From a virus (taxonomy: Duplodnaviria > Caudoviricetes): 50,369 nt of DNA. Under the pieces are notes generated by a model, which ran no database searches, was not told where the DNA came from, and was given only the letters and a program-made list of their open reading frames with translations. Of the stretch, positions 37,758-46,745 are shown one piece after another; positions within the stretch are counted from its first letter, which is position 1, and each line of letters begins with the position of its first letter. Location: positions 1 to 50,369 of the IMG/VR virus record IMGVR_UViG_3300031576_000066; one strand, 5' to 3'. The translations under genes and the position numbers were made by a program.

Positions 37758-37934
37758 TCACCTCGGTGCGCTTGCGCGAGCATTGCGCCGCGCTCGCTTG
37801 CGCGCGTGTGAACTCGGATTAGGCGGGGCAAAGGTGCGGTGCGGTTTGTGTTTGTGTTTGTGGAGCATGGCCCACAGACCGCCGCCGCGTTTCTGTTTTC
37901 CGTTGGCGTAGCGCTTCGTGAAAAGGCGAGACAT
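37758..37934 (-). CDS. small Arg/Lys/His-rich protein
   Basis: AAAGGA RBS; HARKRARRNAR. Confidence 0.5.
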   Translation of the reverse strand: MSRLFTKRYANGKQKRGGGLWAMLHKHKHKPHRTFAPPNPSSHARKRARRNARASAPR

Positions 37935-37957
37935 GATGGTTGTCCTTTGGTAGTGGA

Positions 37958-38675
37958 CTAGTTCGCCGCCAGCCCCTCGGCGATTCTTTGCGCCATCAGG
38001 CACGGATACCCGTTGCCTATCACTTTGCAGGCGAGACTTGCCTTGTCTGGCAGGAGGTAGCTATCCGGCACAGACTGAAAGCGGGCCAGCGCGCGGGGCG
38101 TCATGGATACTATCCGGCCCTGAGACAGCCAGGCTTTGCTTCCGTGCTCATTCGCGCCGATGGTCTGAGCGGGTTCTAACTGTTCACGGATTCCATCCCC
38201 GTATTTGTCAGCCATCTTGCTCATCATAAACGCCTCCGATCCTGGGTAGCCCGCGCTGTCAACAAGTAATGCCCGCGTGCGCCCTTTGGCCTGTTCGGTG
38301 ATGGCGTGAACCGGCTCGCCAGCGGCGCGGATGCCGTCGCCAAATTCTGTCTTGGCGTGAGAGACGATGATGGCGCGGGTTGTTCGCCCGCCTCCGTCAG
38401 ACGAAACCACATGCGCAGGCTCGCCCAATTCTCTCGCCCCAAGCCCCGGCGTAGCGTCGTTGAAATTCGTATTGCCGCTTCCGGCCATCAAAACTGTTTT
38501 GAGTCCTTCCGGCAGTCGCGCCAACTGCCACGCCGCGAACTTGCTTTCTGGCAGTGTCGGGATCAAGTCTTCAATGGCCTCGTACCACCCCACCCACCGC
38601 ACAGGCGCGGGCAGGTGTGGCAAGAGCGAATCTTTCACGGCCCGCAAGACCAGCCGCCGGCGAGAAGGTTGTCAT
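37958..38675 (-). pseudogene. C5-cytosine DNA methyltransferase with an internal deletion (C-terminal half only)
   Basis: Motif VIII tail RRRLVL, motifs IX-X MTPRALARFQS.PD.Y...IGNG; no F.G.G, PC or ENV. Confidence 0.7.
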
Positions 38676-38681
38676 TGAGGT

Positions 38682-38774
38682 TTACGACTTGCAACAATTA
38701 CAATGACCACAGTGACCGCGCTTGCCGATGCCAAAGAGCGCCTGCCAACACCGAAAACATATGACTCTGAACAT
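38682..38774 (-). CDS. 30-aa Cys-rich peptide
   Basis: AAAGGAG RBS; MFRVICFRCWQALFGIGKRGHCGHCNCCKS. Confidence 0.5.
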   Translation of the reverse strand: MFRVICFRCWQALFGIGKRGHCGHCNCCKS

Positions 38775-38803
38775 GGGAGACTCCTTTGAATGAGTGAGAC
38801 AGG

Positions 38804-38879
38804 TGGCACAGGCGGGAGTCGAACCCGCGAGCAGCATTGAGTTGCCGTGTCCGCCCTAACCTTTCGGTCTGCCAGTGCC
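38804..38879 (-). ncRNA. tRNA-like element or pseudo-tRNA
   Basis: 76 nt; GGCACTG/CTGTGCC acceptor stem, perfect T arm GCGGG-TTCGACT-CCCGC, ends A-CC. Confidence 0.55.
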
Positions 38880-38885
38880 ATGGTG

Positions 38886-39242
38886 TTACACACCCAGGCC
38901 CATCTGGGTGGAGTAGAAGGTCTGCGAGGCCAGCGCTTCGATGCGCCGGGCGCGGTCCATCATCTCGGCGGCCTGAGAGCGCAGGCGGCCAATCGCCTCC
39001 TCGACCTCAGACATGGACTCCGGCACGAAGTAGCCATCGTTATCGGCCACGATGAGCAGGTTGATCTCGTTGGCGCGGTGGATTGCGGCGCGGAGAATGC
39101 GGTCGCCGTTCGGCCCCAGCTCTAGCTCAGCGCTGATCGTGCGCGCCGGCAACGCCCCACCCTTCCCGCGCGCATTGGCGCTCAGGTGGTCAAAGACTCG
39201 GCGTACAAGCACGTCGTCTATCAGCGGCTTTGATTGAGCCAT
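38886..39242 (-). CDS. winged-helix protein
   Basis: DRILRAAIHR...IVA...GYF pattern. Confidence 0.6.
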   Translation of the reverse strand: MAQSKPLIDDVLVRRVFDHLSANARGKGGALPARTISAELELGPNGDRILRAAIHRANEINLLIVADNDGYFVPESMSEVEEAIGRLRSQAAEMMDRARRIEALASQTFYSTQMGLGV

Positions 39243-39666
39243 TGATCACCTCGCGCAAAACCCACTCGCCCTTGCCTGGCATGAGCACAAAGAAGCGGCC
39301 CATACACGCCAGCTCGACCGAAGCCTCTTTGATGCTTTTCTTGCTGGACCGCCCGCTCTGGTAGGCCTCCCACGCGCCCTTGACTTCGACAAACCACATC
39401 TCTAGCTCCTGGGTGACAGCAAAGAAGTCGGGCGTATAGTTGCCGCTGTCCAGGCGCAGGATGATCCGCTTGAACTTCACTGTCACGAAGTTTTGAGTCG
39501 GCACCCACTCTGACCAGGCGCGTAGCTCCAGCCTGGAGTCGAACTTGTAGCGCTCCACCGGCTTGGCGCTGCGGGCCTTCGCTTTGGCCGAGTTGGCAGG
39601 CGCTGGAGTGTGGCCGAAGATATGCGGGTTGAGAGCGGCTACGTCAGGGGAAACGTTGAGTTGCAT
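39190..39666 (-). CDS. PD-(D/E)xK nuclease (DUF1064-like)
   Basis: KFDSRLE, YTPDF, FVEVKG. Confidence 0.75.
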   Translation of the reverse strand: MQLNVSPDVAALNPHIFGHTPAPANSAKAKARSAKPVERYKFDSRLELRAWSEWVPTQNFVTVKFKRIILRLDSGNYTPDFFAVTQELEMWFVEVKGAWEAYQSGRSSKKSIKEASVELACMGRFFVLMPGKGEWVLREVINGSIKAADRRRACTPSL

Positions 39667-39874
39667 GGCATCTCCTGAAAAAGCTGTGTCGTCCTGTATA
39701 ACAAGATTTGGCGCGGAAGTGTGGACATGGCCCCAGAACGCCACAGGCGGGCAAATTTGGGGAGGTGCGCTCAGATCGTGGGAGTTAGCAACTTAGCAAC
39801 AAAAGACGCTCACAGCGCCTTTGTGGACGCTATGAGCATTGGGGGCTTACTTCTTGGGCGTTATGCCAACCTGC

Positions 39875-40516
39875 TCACGCGGTCTCCAATTTCGAAGCGA
39901 TCCACTCGTTGACAATCTCCTCCAGTTCAGCGCGCATGTGGCTGGCAGAGTCGGGGATACGGCCCAGCGCTCTCTGCAAGTCAGAGACAACCTCGGCCTG
40001 CCAGGTGTGGGCAAGCGTGGGAGACTCAACCTCTGCCGCGAATAGTTCATCGGGCAGAGTTGCCACGGCCTCATCCCGACGCGCACGGCGTTCGGTTGCC
40101 ACGTCCAGAGCCGTGAGTTTGCCATTGGCGCGCGCCTGCGCCGCCAGCTTTACCTGGATTTCGTGAGGCAGCTTGGCGCACGACTCGATCACCGAATTGG
40201 TGAGCGGGTGCTCCTTGTGAAAGTCCAGCATGTCAGGGTGCAGGTGAGCCAGACGCAACCGCCGATCCAGCGCCGGCCGGTTCAACCCGCTCGCGGCGCT
40301 GATATCGCCTGGTGTCCAGCCCAAGATCATCAGCGACTCAATGGCCTCATGCTCCGCCAGAATGTCGCTCCGCTTTGGGTTGGATGTGATGAGCAGGAAT
40401 AAACCAGCCGGCACGCCGTCCAGCATCGCCATGCTCAGGAGGTCTAGCTCCTCGGGGTCTGGGAGATGACAGGCGGGCGCGAAGTCCGCCAGGGTGAGAG
40501 TCGGTTGGTCGTCCAT
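39875..40516 (-). CDS. ParB-like HTH protein lacking a canonical N-terminal domain
   Basis: N..RSD...E.EAI..L...GWT..DI....G.....L..RLRL..LHP. Confidence 0.55.
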   Translation of the reverse strand: MDDQPTLTLADFAPACHLPDPEELDLLSMAMLDGVPAGLFLLITSNPKRSDILAEHEAIESLMILGWTPGDISAASGLNRPALDRRLRLAHLHPDMLDFHKEHPLTNSVIESCAKLPHEIQVKLAAQARANGKLTALDVATERRARRDEAVATLPDELFAAEVESPTLAHTWQAEVVSDLQRALGRIPDSASHMRAELEEIVNEWIASKLETA

Positions 40517-41259
40517 CACGCCACCTCCAGCGATACCGTCAGGCTCGACTCTTGCGCGGCCTTGAGTCCCTCTTCGTGTTCGCCGTTCGCGCCTGTTATC
40601 ACTGCCAGACAATGAACCGGAAAGCTGGCGAAGATCGCCGGGTGGTACTGCGGCTCAACGTCCTCCGGCCTGCACGCCGCGGTGTAGGTGAAGGATGGCA
40701 TCGTGCGCGTGACAAGCCGACTCTCCCCCTGCCCGCCCTCGATGTCCTGCCAAAAAACGCCAGAGCACATGAGGGGCGGGTCTGGCAGATTGTGCTCGCC
40801 GACATCCTTGGGGCAGCGACCAGATGGGTGGGGTATGTCAGGCCGGCGGTAGCCGCCATAGCCCCTCGGCTCCCACTTCTCGGCGTACTCGTGGAAATTC
40901 TCCACGTAGGCGCGAGCGTGAACCAGCAACATCCGCGACTCTGGGGTGAGTTTGGCGAAGTCCAGAGTCTTGGCCAGCCGCCGGCTGATGCCGAACAGCC
41001 GCGCCTCTTCAACGAAGTCGGCCACGTTGGGGTAGTGCTGGCTCCCTACCCAATCCAGGATGTGCCACACGCCATTGCGCTGGTAGAGCTGAACGCCGCG
41101 CGGGGTGAGGCCGAATGCCTGCGGATCGATCTTGAGCGGTGGGCAGATGAGGAAGTCCTCAAGCGGCTTGCCACCTTCGCCGCAGCCACACTCGGCATAG
41201 ATGCCGCCGGTTACGCGAGTTCCGCAACCCCGTTCAACTACACTGATTCCGTTTGTCAT
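40516..41259 (-). CDS. hypothetical protein
   Basis: AGGAG RBS; ERGCG.R..GG.Y start. Confidence 0.65.
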   Translation of the reverse strand: MTNGISVVERGCGTRVTGGIYAECGCGEGGKPLEDFLICPPLKIDPQAFGLTPRGVQLYQRNGVWHILDWVGSQHYPNVADFVEEARLFGISRRLAKTLDFAKLTPESRMLLVHARAYVENFHEYAEKWEPRGYGGYRRPDIPHPSGRCPKDVGEHNLPDPPLMCSGVFWQDIEGGQGESRLVTRTMPSFTYTAACRPEDVEPQYHPAIFASFPVHCLAVITGANGEHEEGLKAAQESSLTVSLEVA

Positions 41260-41290
41260 GGTCTCTGCTCCTGAGTATAGTGTGTCAGGG

Positions 41291-41332
41291 GTATAAACAA
41301 AAAAGCCCGCTGAGTGTGGACATCGGCGGGCT
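41291..41332 (-). terminator. repeated terminator, copy A
   Basis: GCCCGC...TGTCCACAC...GCGGGC followed by TTTTTTGTTTATAC. Confidence 0.7.
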
Positions 41333-41378
41333 GGGCTAAGTCTGCTAGAATTACCCATACAAGAAAGGGCCGATCAAT

Positions 41379-41798
41379 ATGCGTCGTTTCATAGCTGTTG
41401 TGCTGGTCGTCGTAACGGGCGGAGCCGCGGTAGCCGGTCAGTCGATCCAGAGTGTTCTAAAAGCATTGCGCCAACTACCGACTCCAGTGGCAACGGCTGT
41501 GCCCACATCGACTCTCGCAGAGACATCACTACCCACCGCTCAGAGTGACTCTCCTCACGGAAATTCGGCCAGCCAAGCTCAGGATGGGTGCCATCCCCCG
41601 CCGTGGGAATCGCTGGAGATCATGGACCGCTGTATCCAATACTACCCAGCGATTCCACACTACAGCCCGGAATGTTACGGGTTTCAAAACCCGATCGATA
41701 TATGGATTTGCGCCGGCTACCTGAACTGGACCCCAACCCCGGCCGGAGTTGGTTATCCAGCACCAGCAACGTCCACGCCATCATCTGTGTACCCGTAA
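41379..41798 (+). CDS. secreted Pro/Thr/Ser-rich protein (moron-like)
   Basis: Signal peptide; opposite orientation; TGcTAGAAT at 41343-41351. Confidence 0.6.
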   Translation: MRRFIAVVLVVVTGGAAVAGQSIQSVLKALRQLPTPVATAVPTSTLAETSLPTAQSDSPHGNSASQAQDGCHPPPWESLEIMDRCIQYYPAIPHYSPECYGFQNPIDIWICAGYLNWTPTPAGVGYPAPATSTPSSVYP

Positions 41799-41819
41799 TT
41801 ACGGAAAAGGGACAGGCGG

Positions 41820-42116
41820 TTACTCGGCTCTGGTGGGAGTGGGTGTATTGTCAGGTGGTGCCGGCTTCCGCCTCAGCACCAGCATCACAGCGCCAGCCTG
41901 TTGGAAGGCGCGCAGATAGCCGCCCATGCACTCCTCGACGATATAACCGCGCGCCGCTTGTGGAACCTCGTGCTGATCATACAGCGTGCCGGGCTTTATT
42001 TCCACGCTGAGATTGTCGTCAGATGTGATGTAACTCAACGCCATGCGCTCGCTGTCTGTCTCGGGCGAAAGTATGATCTGCTTGATTCCGTCTGCAATGA
42101 TGATGGCGCATTTCAT
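41820..42116 (-). CDS. hypothetical protein
   Basis: AGGAGG RBS. Confidence 0.6.
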   Translation of the reverse strand: MKCAIIIADGIKQIILSPETDSERMALSYITSDDNLSVEIKPGTLYDQHEVPQAARGYIVEECMGGYLRAFQQAGAVMLVLRRKPAPPDNTPTPTRAE

Positions 42117-42152
42117 AACGTGGCCCTCCTAAAGGCCAGGAGCGATCTCCTA

Positions 42153-42869
42153 CTATGCGTTCGCGGAAATGCCCGTCATCTGCTCGCGCATTTGCCTGAG
42201 CGCTGATTTCTCAATCTGACTGATGCGTTGGTGTGTCAGGCCGCCCAGCTTCTTCCCGATCTCCGGCTGTTCCAGACCCTCGTAATAGCGCCAGCGCAGG
42301 ATTTTTCTATAGAGCGGGCTGAGTTCGGCAAGGGCTGTCTCAATCGCGGCCCGGTTCTCGATAAACTCACGCGACGGGTTGCGGTGGTCAGCCAACAGGG
42401 AGCCGATCTCGCGTTCGTCTTTCCCGCGTTTCACTGGCTCCTGCAAGGACAACGGCTCCTGTGGGATGTCTTGGAGGCGCTTGCTCTTGCGCCGGTCTGC
42501 GCTGTCGTACTGAAAGTAGTTTGGGATGCGGATCATGCGGCTGCCTTGCTGGATGCCGCGCAGGATGTGTGAGCGCACCGCAACCATCGCATAGGTCGAA
42601 AAGGCGAGGCCGTGCTTGGGGTCGTACAGGTCAATCGCACGCAGCAGGCCAATAACGCCGAAGTGGGCCAGGTCGTCTATGTCGTGTGAGCCAGCGAACC
42701 GCTCGCACTTCCAGGCCACCTTGCGGATCATGCGCCAGTGAGTCAAGACCACCCGCTCACGCGCCGCCTCGTCACCCCGCCTGGCGCGGTACACGAGATC
42801 GATAATCTCCTGCCGCCCCAGGATGGCATGGTCGATCAACTGGGTCGAGATGGTTTCAAAGTGTTCCAC
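42153..42869 (-). CDS. sigma-70 family factor (SigB/F/G-like)
   Basis: DDLAHFGVIGLLRAIDLYDP..G..FSTYA, IRIP, region 4 EIG..LG...QRISQIEKSAL. Confidence 0.88.
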   Translation of the reverse strand: MEHFETISTQLIDHAILGRQEIIDLVYRARRGDEAARERVVLTHWRMIRKVAWKCERFAGSHDIDDLAHFGVIGLLRAIDLYDPKHGLAFSTYAMVAVRSHILRGIQQGSRMIRIPNYFQYDSADRRKSKRLQDIPQEPLSLQEPVKRGKDEREIGSLLADHRNPSREFIENRAAIETALAELSPLYRKILRWRYYEGLEQPEIGKKLGGLTHQRISQIEKSALRQMREQMTGISANA

Positions 42870-42948
42870 GCGGCCTCCCAGATGATGATGAACGGCAGGG
42901 TGACAATCAGCACAAGCGCCACCGCCCTGCCCTGCCCAAATAAACATC

Positions 42949-43149
42949 TCATGCTTGACTCTCTTTGCTCATGGCCTGCCTGAGTTGCGCATGGCGCTCT
43001 CTCACGCGGCTGGCGTAAGTGATGGCGTCGGACGCGCGGCGGTGCGGCTTCCTGAGCACCTTCGCATCGATCTTGCCCCGATACATCTTCACGCTGGCAT
43101 TGGTGCGGATAGCGGCATAGTCCTTGTGATGCTTTACGCTGATGTTCAT
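42949..43149 (-). CDS. small basic protein
   Basis: ATGA coupling with the upstream gene. Confidence 0.45.
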   Translation of the reverse strand: MNISVKHHKDYAAIRTNASVKMYRGKIDAKVLRKPHRRASDAITYASRVRERHAQLRQAMSKESQA

Positions 43150-43259
43150 GGGGTGCTCTCTTTCTCTCCGATGTCGGCGCCCGCCAGGATCACCAATAGC
43201 ACCGGCCCAACGAACAAGACCGCTACGAAGGCAATCAGAAATAGAAATATAAGCGTCAT
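43146..43259 (-). CDS. small membrane peptide
   Basis: MTLIFLFLIAFVAVLFVGPVLLVILAG; coupled at both ends. Confidence 0.45.
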   Translation of the reverse strand: MTLIFLFLIAFVAVLFVGPVLLVILAGADIGEKESTP

Positions 43260-43471
43260 GTTCTTTCGGCCTGCTCCTGTTCTCGCTTGAGACGTTCCCT
43301 CTCATCGTCAGTGAGTTTGTTTAGCTCGTCATAGTTCAGGCTGTCAGGTTTGACCACGGCCAGAACGCGCTGAAGGGCCAGGGCGCGATCAATGCAGGCT
43401 GAGCACAGCTTGAGATTGAAAATGGCGGTCATCTCACTCCCACAGCGAGGGCATTTTACGATGTGTGGCAT
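43256..43471 (-). CDS. zinc-ribbon protein
   Basis: CPRC...CSAC; AAAGGA RBS. Confidence 0.5.
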   Translation of the reverse strand: MPHIVKCPRCGSEMTAIFNLKLCSACIDRALALQRVLAVVKPDSLNYDELNKLTDDERERLKREQEQAERT

Positions 43472-43694
43472 GGCGTCGTCTTCCTTTCGGTTTAGCGCCG
43501 TCCTCATCTTCCAGCTTTGGAAGTGTGGGCGGCTTGCGCCCGTTGAGCCGCTCGATCTCGCAATGGAGCGCGGCGGCCAAGTGAGACGCAAACAGGTTGG
43601 GGTGTGCGTTCATTAGGTCTTGGTAGTATTGGGGCCGCTCGCTCAGATCGTGCTTGGCTTGAGCAAGCGCCCGCTCGATCTGGGCGATAGTCAT
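43434..43694 (-). CDS. hypothetical protein
   Basis: AAGGA RBS. Confidence 0.5.
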   Translation of the reverse strand: MTIAQIERALAQAKHDLSERPQYYQDLMNAHPNLFASHLAAALHCEIERLNGRKPPTLPKLEDEDGAKPKGRRRHATHRKMPSLWE

Positions 43695-43878
43695 AGCGTT
43701 TCCTTCACCGTTGAAAAAAGCCGCCTAACTAGTATTAGGTGGAAAAATTCCGTCTAACTCCTCTTCCAGATTGAAATTACGGAACCTGCCCGCCCCGCCG
43801 CCAAGTCGGCTTCATGCGATTGTTGGGCGGCGCGTGCTACGGGTAGTCGGGCGTTGGGTTGTGGTCAGTTGGCATGAC

Positions 43879-44022
43879 TCACCTCACAAACCAGGGGGCC
43901 GTAAACGTCAGGCAGGCATAGGCGCCGCTGGCGAAGCTGTTGAGCATCGGGTTGAACAGGAGCGCCAAGGCAAGTGATGCCAGCCACAGAATGAGTCCCA
44001 GTAAACGCTTGTACTTGGTCAT
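43879..44022 (-). CDS. small membrane protein
   Basis: AAGGA RBS; MTKYKRLLGLILWLASLALALLF. Confidence 0.45.
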   Translation of the reverse strand: MTKYKRLLGLILWLASLALALLFNPMLNSFASGAYACLTFTAPWFVR

Positions 44023-44049
44023 GGTTTATTCCTTTTGGATGACGACTTG

Positions 44050-44334
44050 TTAGGCTCGGGCGTCGCGATCATCACTCGACGCCGCATTGAAGTCAATCTC
44101 ATCCAGCCACATACTCCAGTTCTTGAGTGACTGGTTCAACCGCTCCGCGTGTTCATCATCACAGACGATGGTGCGCCGTATGGCCTGCTCGTGCGCCGCC
44201 ACATGATCATCGAGAAATACGACCGAGCGCGTAAACTCAGGTTGACTGACCCACTCAGGCGGGTCATCGGTGACATAGGCTCTCTGATCGGTGTGCGAGT
44301 CGTGTCCGTATGATTCGGTCACTAAGTAAGGCAT
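44050..44334 (-). CDS. hypothetical protein
   Basis: Operon packing. Confidence 0.5.
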   Translation of the reverse strand: MPYLVTESYGHDSHTDQRAYVTDDPPEWVSQPEFTRSVVFLDDHVAAHEQAIRRTIVCDDEHAERLNQSLKNWSMWLDEIDFNAASSDDRDARA

Positions 44335-44336
44335 AA

Positions 44337-44726
44337 TCAGGTGCCTGCTTTCTGTTGGATGGCGACAAGTTGACCCTTCACCCACCACTGGCGGCCAGAA
44401 CGCTCAACGAACACCAGCAACCACAGTCCATCGGGAGATATGGGGGCCACGCCATTGCGTTCTTTGACCTCCATCGGTGTCCCCTTCACGCGGCTTGCAA
44501 AGGGTGTCCCATCGGGCCGGTCGAATATCTCTACCGCGTCAGCAGCCGCGATGACGTTGAACGGCGGCTCGGGCCAGGCTGGCTCGATCACCTTGTCTTT
44601 GGTGAAAAAACCAACCATGAAACCGCCTGGCATCTCGATGAACGCTTCGAGGGCGTCCGTCTCGACCAAAGTCTCAACACCGCCCGGCCTCAGGAGACGG
44701 ATGTGGATGCCTTGTTCGTCGCTCAT
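44337..44726 (-). CDS. hypothetical protein
   Basis: ATGA coupling. Confidence 0.55.
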   Translation of the reverse strand: MSDEQGIHIRLLRPGGVETLVETDALEAFIEMPGGFMVGFFTKDKVIEPAWPEPPFNVIAAADAVEIFDRPDGTPFASRVKGTPMEVKERNGVAPISPDGLWLLVFVERSGRQWWVKGQLVAIQQKAGT

Positions 44727-45574
44727 GGCAGGACCGTCAGGCTGGCATCATCGAAGAACGCCAACATGAAAGGTAGTGCCCAATTACAACGCCCCTGACC
44801 CACACCGCCCATATCGGCGAGCACAAAGACGGTCACGCGGTCGGCCAAGGCCACAGCATCAACGCTCACACGCCGCCAGTCCTTCGTACCATCTCGCCCT
44901 GCCCAGCGAATGCCGGTGACATCCGCATCTGTGCCGCCGTCAGGATCGATCCCGACTTCGAGCCGCGTGTAGACGTTGTTATCGTGTGGCAGGCTGAAAT
45001 TGTCAGACTGGTTGGCCCAAGCGATTGAGCTGGCCGAGAAACGCAGGCGAGTGAAGCGCGGCACGCTCACCGTTTGAAACACGCCGCCGCGCCAGCATGT
45101 CCAGCGACCGACGATCCGCAGGCTGGCGTCACCGCTATTGACCGCCGCGGGCGATGCGCCCAGGCTCAGGCGCTCTGCGTTCGACTCAATGTTCTGTGAC
45201 CGCACATTGAACACGGTCCAGTTGGCTGACCCTTGCTCAAAGCCTGGGTTGAGAAGTTGCACAGCGGGAGCATGGAGAGTCGGCGCAATCGTTGGCCGTG
45301 GTGTGGCGCTCGCGGTAGGCAATGGCGTGGCGGACGGCGCGTGGGTGGAGGTTGCAACGGGCGCAGGCGTAACCGCTTGACTCTGAGTCGGGGCGACACA
45401 GCTCACGCCGTTGGGGGCGAGATAGCAGGTCACGCCACGCGCTTCATCCACCCATACTTGAGGAGTGGGCAGGCTGGCGGGCTGAGACTGCGCGGGTAGA
45501 TACAGGAGGATGGAGAGCAACGGAAGAATCAGAACGGCGGCGACTCTCGCGCCGATGTAGACAACGTTTTTCAT
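44723..45574 (-). CDS. exported protein with a Pro/Thr linker and a galactose-binding/CBM-like domain
   Basis: Signal/TM segment, TPxP linker, LLNPGFE...GGVFQTV...VGIDPDGG...FFDDASL. Confidence 0.65.
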   Translation of the reverse strand: MKNVVYIGARVAAVLILPLLSILLYLPAQSQPASLPTPQVWVDEARGVTCYLAPNGVSCVAPTQSQAVTPAPVATSTHAPSATPLPTASATPRPTIAPTLHAPAVQLLNPGFEQGSANWTVFNVRSQNIESNAERLSLGASPAAVNSGDASLRIVGRWTCWRGGVFQTVSVPRFTRLRFSASSIAWANQSDNFSLPHDNNVYTRLEVGIDPDGGTDADVTGIRWAGRDGTKDWRRVSVDAVALADRVTVFVLADMGGVGQGRCNWALPFMLAFFDDASLTVLP

Positions 45575-45990
45575 GTCTGTTCCTTTTCGTCTGGTAGAAA
45601 ACTTTCTATGTTGGCTTCCCACAGCCCCAGCGCTCCGCGCGACTGGATCGGCTCTGGGAACTTGTAGACGGTGTGAACGTGCCACATAAAGCGGCCGGGT
45701 GTGTAGTCACCGAATTGATATTCGGGATCGGGCGGCAGCTCGGTGTAGGGTGTGATCTGCTCAATCTTCCACAGGTCCACCACGCACAGGATCGCGCCAC
45801 GCGGCAACTTCAGGCCGGCCAGGCAGTCGGAGAATGGTTGCACCCTGGCCAGGTGCAAGCCGTCCTCGCGCTTGCTGGCATGGATGGCGATAAGTCCGAG
45901 GTGCGCCGTTGCCCAATCGCGAGTCTCAATTCTTTTCGCGCCTATTGTCACCAAGGTAGCCCAGGGCTGAATCAACGAGAGTGCTTTCAT
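45571..45990 (-). CDS. ASCH domain protein
   Basis: KALSLIQPWA..V..G.K.IETR.W...IHAS...G..GLW. Confidence 0.9.
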   Translation of the reverse strand: MKALSLIQPWATLVTIGAKRIETRDWATAHLGLIAIHASKREDGLHLARVQPFSDCLAGLKLPRGAILCVVDLWKIEQITPYTELPPDPEYQFGDYTPGRFMWHVHTVYKFPEPIQSRGALGLWEANIESFLPDEKEQT

Positions 45991-45998
45991 GGTGGCCC

Positions 45999-46745
45999 TC
46001 AGAGCGTATGCGCGTCGAGGCCTTGCACTGCCGCCAGCCAGTCACCTGACCGGCGCGCCTCTGCCGCGATCTCTTTGGCAATGGTTTTGTCAATCTTCCA
46101 GTGCTCAACCGCCGTCCAATAGACGGTTGCCCCGTTCCCAGGCCCAATCAAGGCCATGGCCTCGCTCGGCACAGCGAGACCTTTCAGGCAATTCCCGATC
46201 ACGGTGGTATTGGCGGAGTTGTAGCCAAGGTGCTGGCCGTTGGACGAAGCTGGGGCTTGGATGGGAGCAGGTGCGGGCGTGTGCCCGTTGGCGACCGATT
46301 CCACCTGCTGGGACTTGACCAACTCGGCGAGGTCGCCGCGCAGTTTCTTGGCTGGCTTCCAGTCACCGAACTTGATCAACGTCTCCCATACCATATTTTT
46401 CTCGGCGACCGTGCCGCTGACCACTCGCCTGAAACGCACATCCGTGCCCTTCTCGTCGTCGTCGCGTGAGGCATAGCGCTTGAAGATGCGCCCGTTCCAC
46501 TCCATCTCGGTCCAGCCGAAGTCATCCCGCCAAGCACCCACCGCGCCGATGGTGGCAGGATCGAAGTTGGCATAGTGGCTGAGTGGTCGCCGCAGGTTGG
46601 GAGCCTTTGAGTCCGGGCGGGCAGACAAGGCGATCATATTGCTCTGGACCAGGGCATCGGCGATGTGCGACAATTGCTCCAGAATGTTCGCTAGGATGAT
46701 GGAGGTGCCGTCCGGCACGTCAGTTGAGTCGGTTCCGGGGGTCAT
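45999..46745 (-). CDS. putative single-stranded DNA-binding protein
   Basis: PNLRRPLSHYANFD..IGA...D..G...EWNG..F.R recalled as resembling Thermus/cyanobacterial ssDBP proteins. Confidence 0.45.
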   Translation of the reverse strand: MTPGTDSTDVPDGTSIILANILEQLSHIADALVQSNMIALSARPDSKAPNLRRPLSHYANFDPATIGAVGAWRDDFGWTEMEWNGRIFKRYASRDDDEKGTDVRFRRVVSGTVAEKNMVWETLIKFGDWKPAKKLRGDLAELVKSQQVESVANGHTPAPAPIQAPASSNGQHLGYNSANTTVIGNCLKGLAVPSEAMALIGPGNGATVYWTAVEHWKIDKTIAKEIAAEARRSGDWLAAVQGLDAHTL

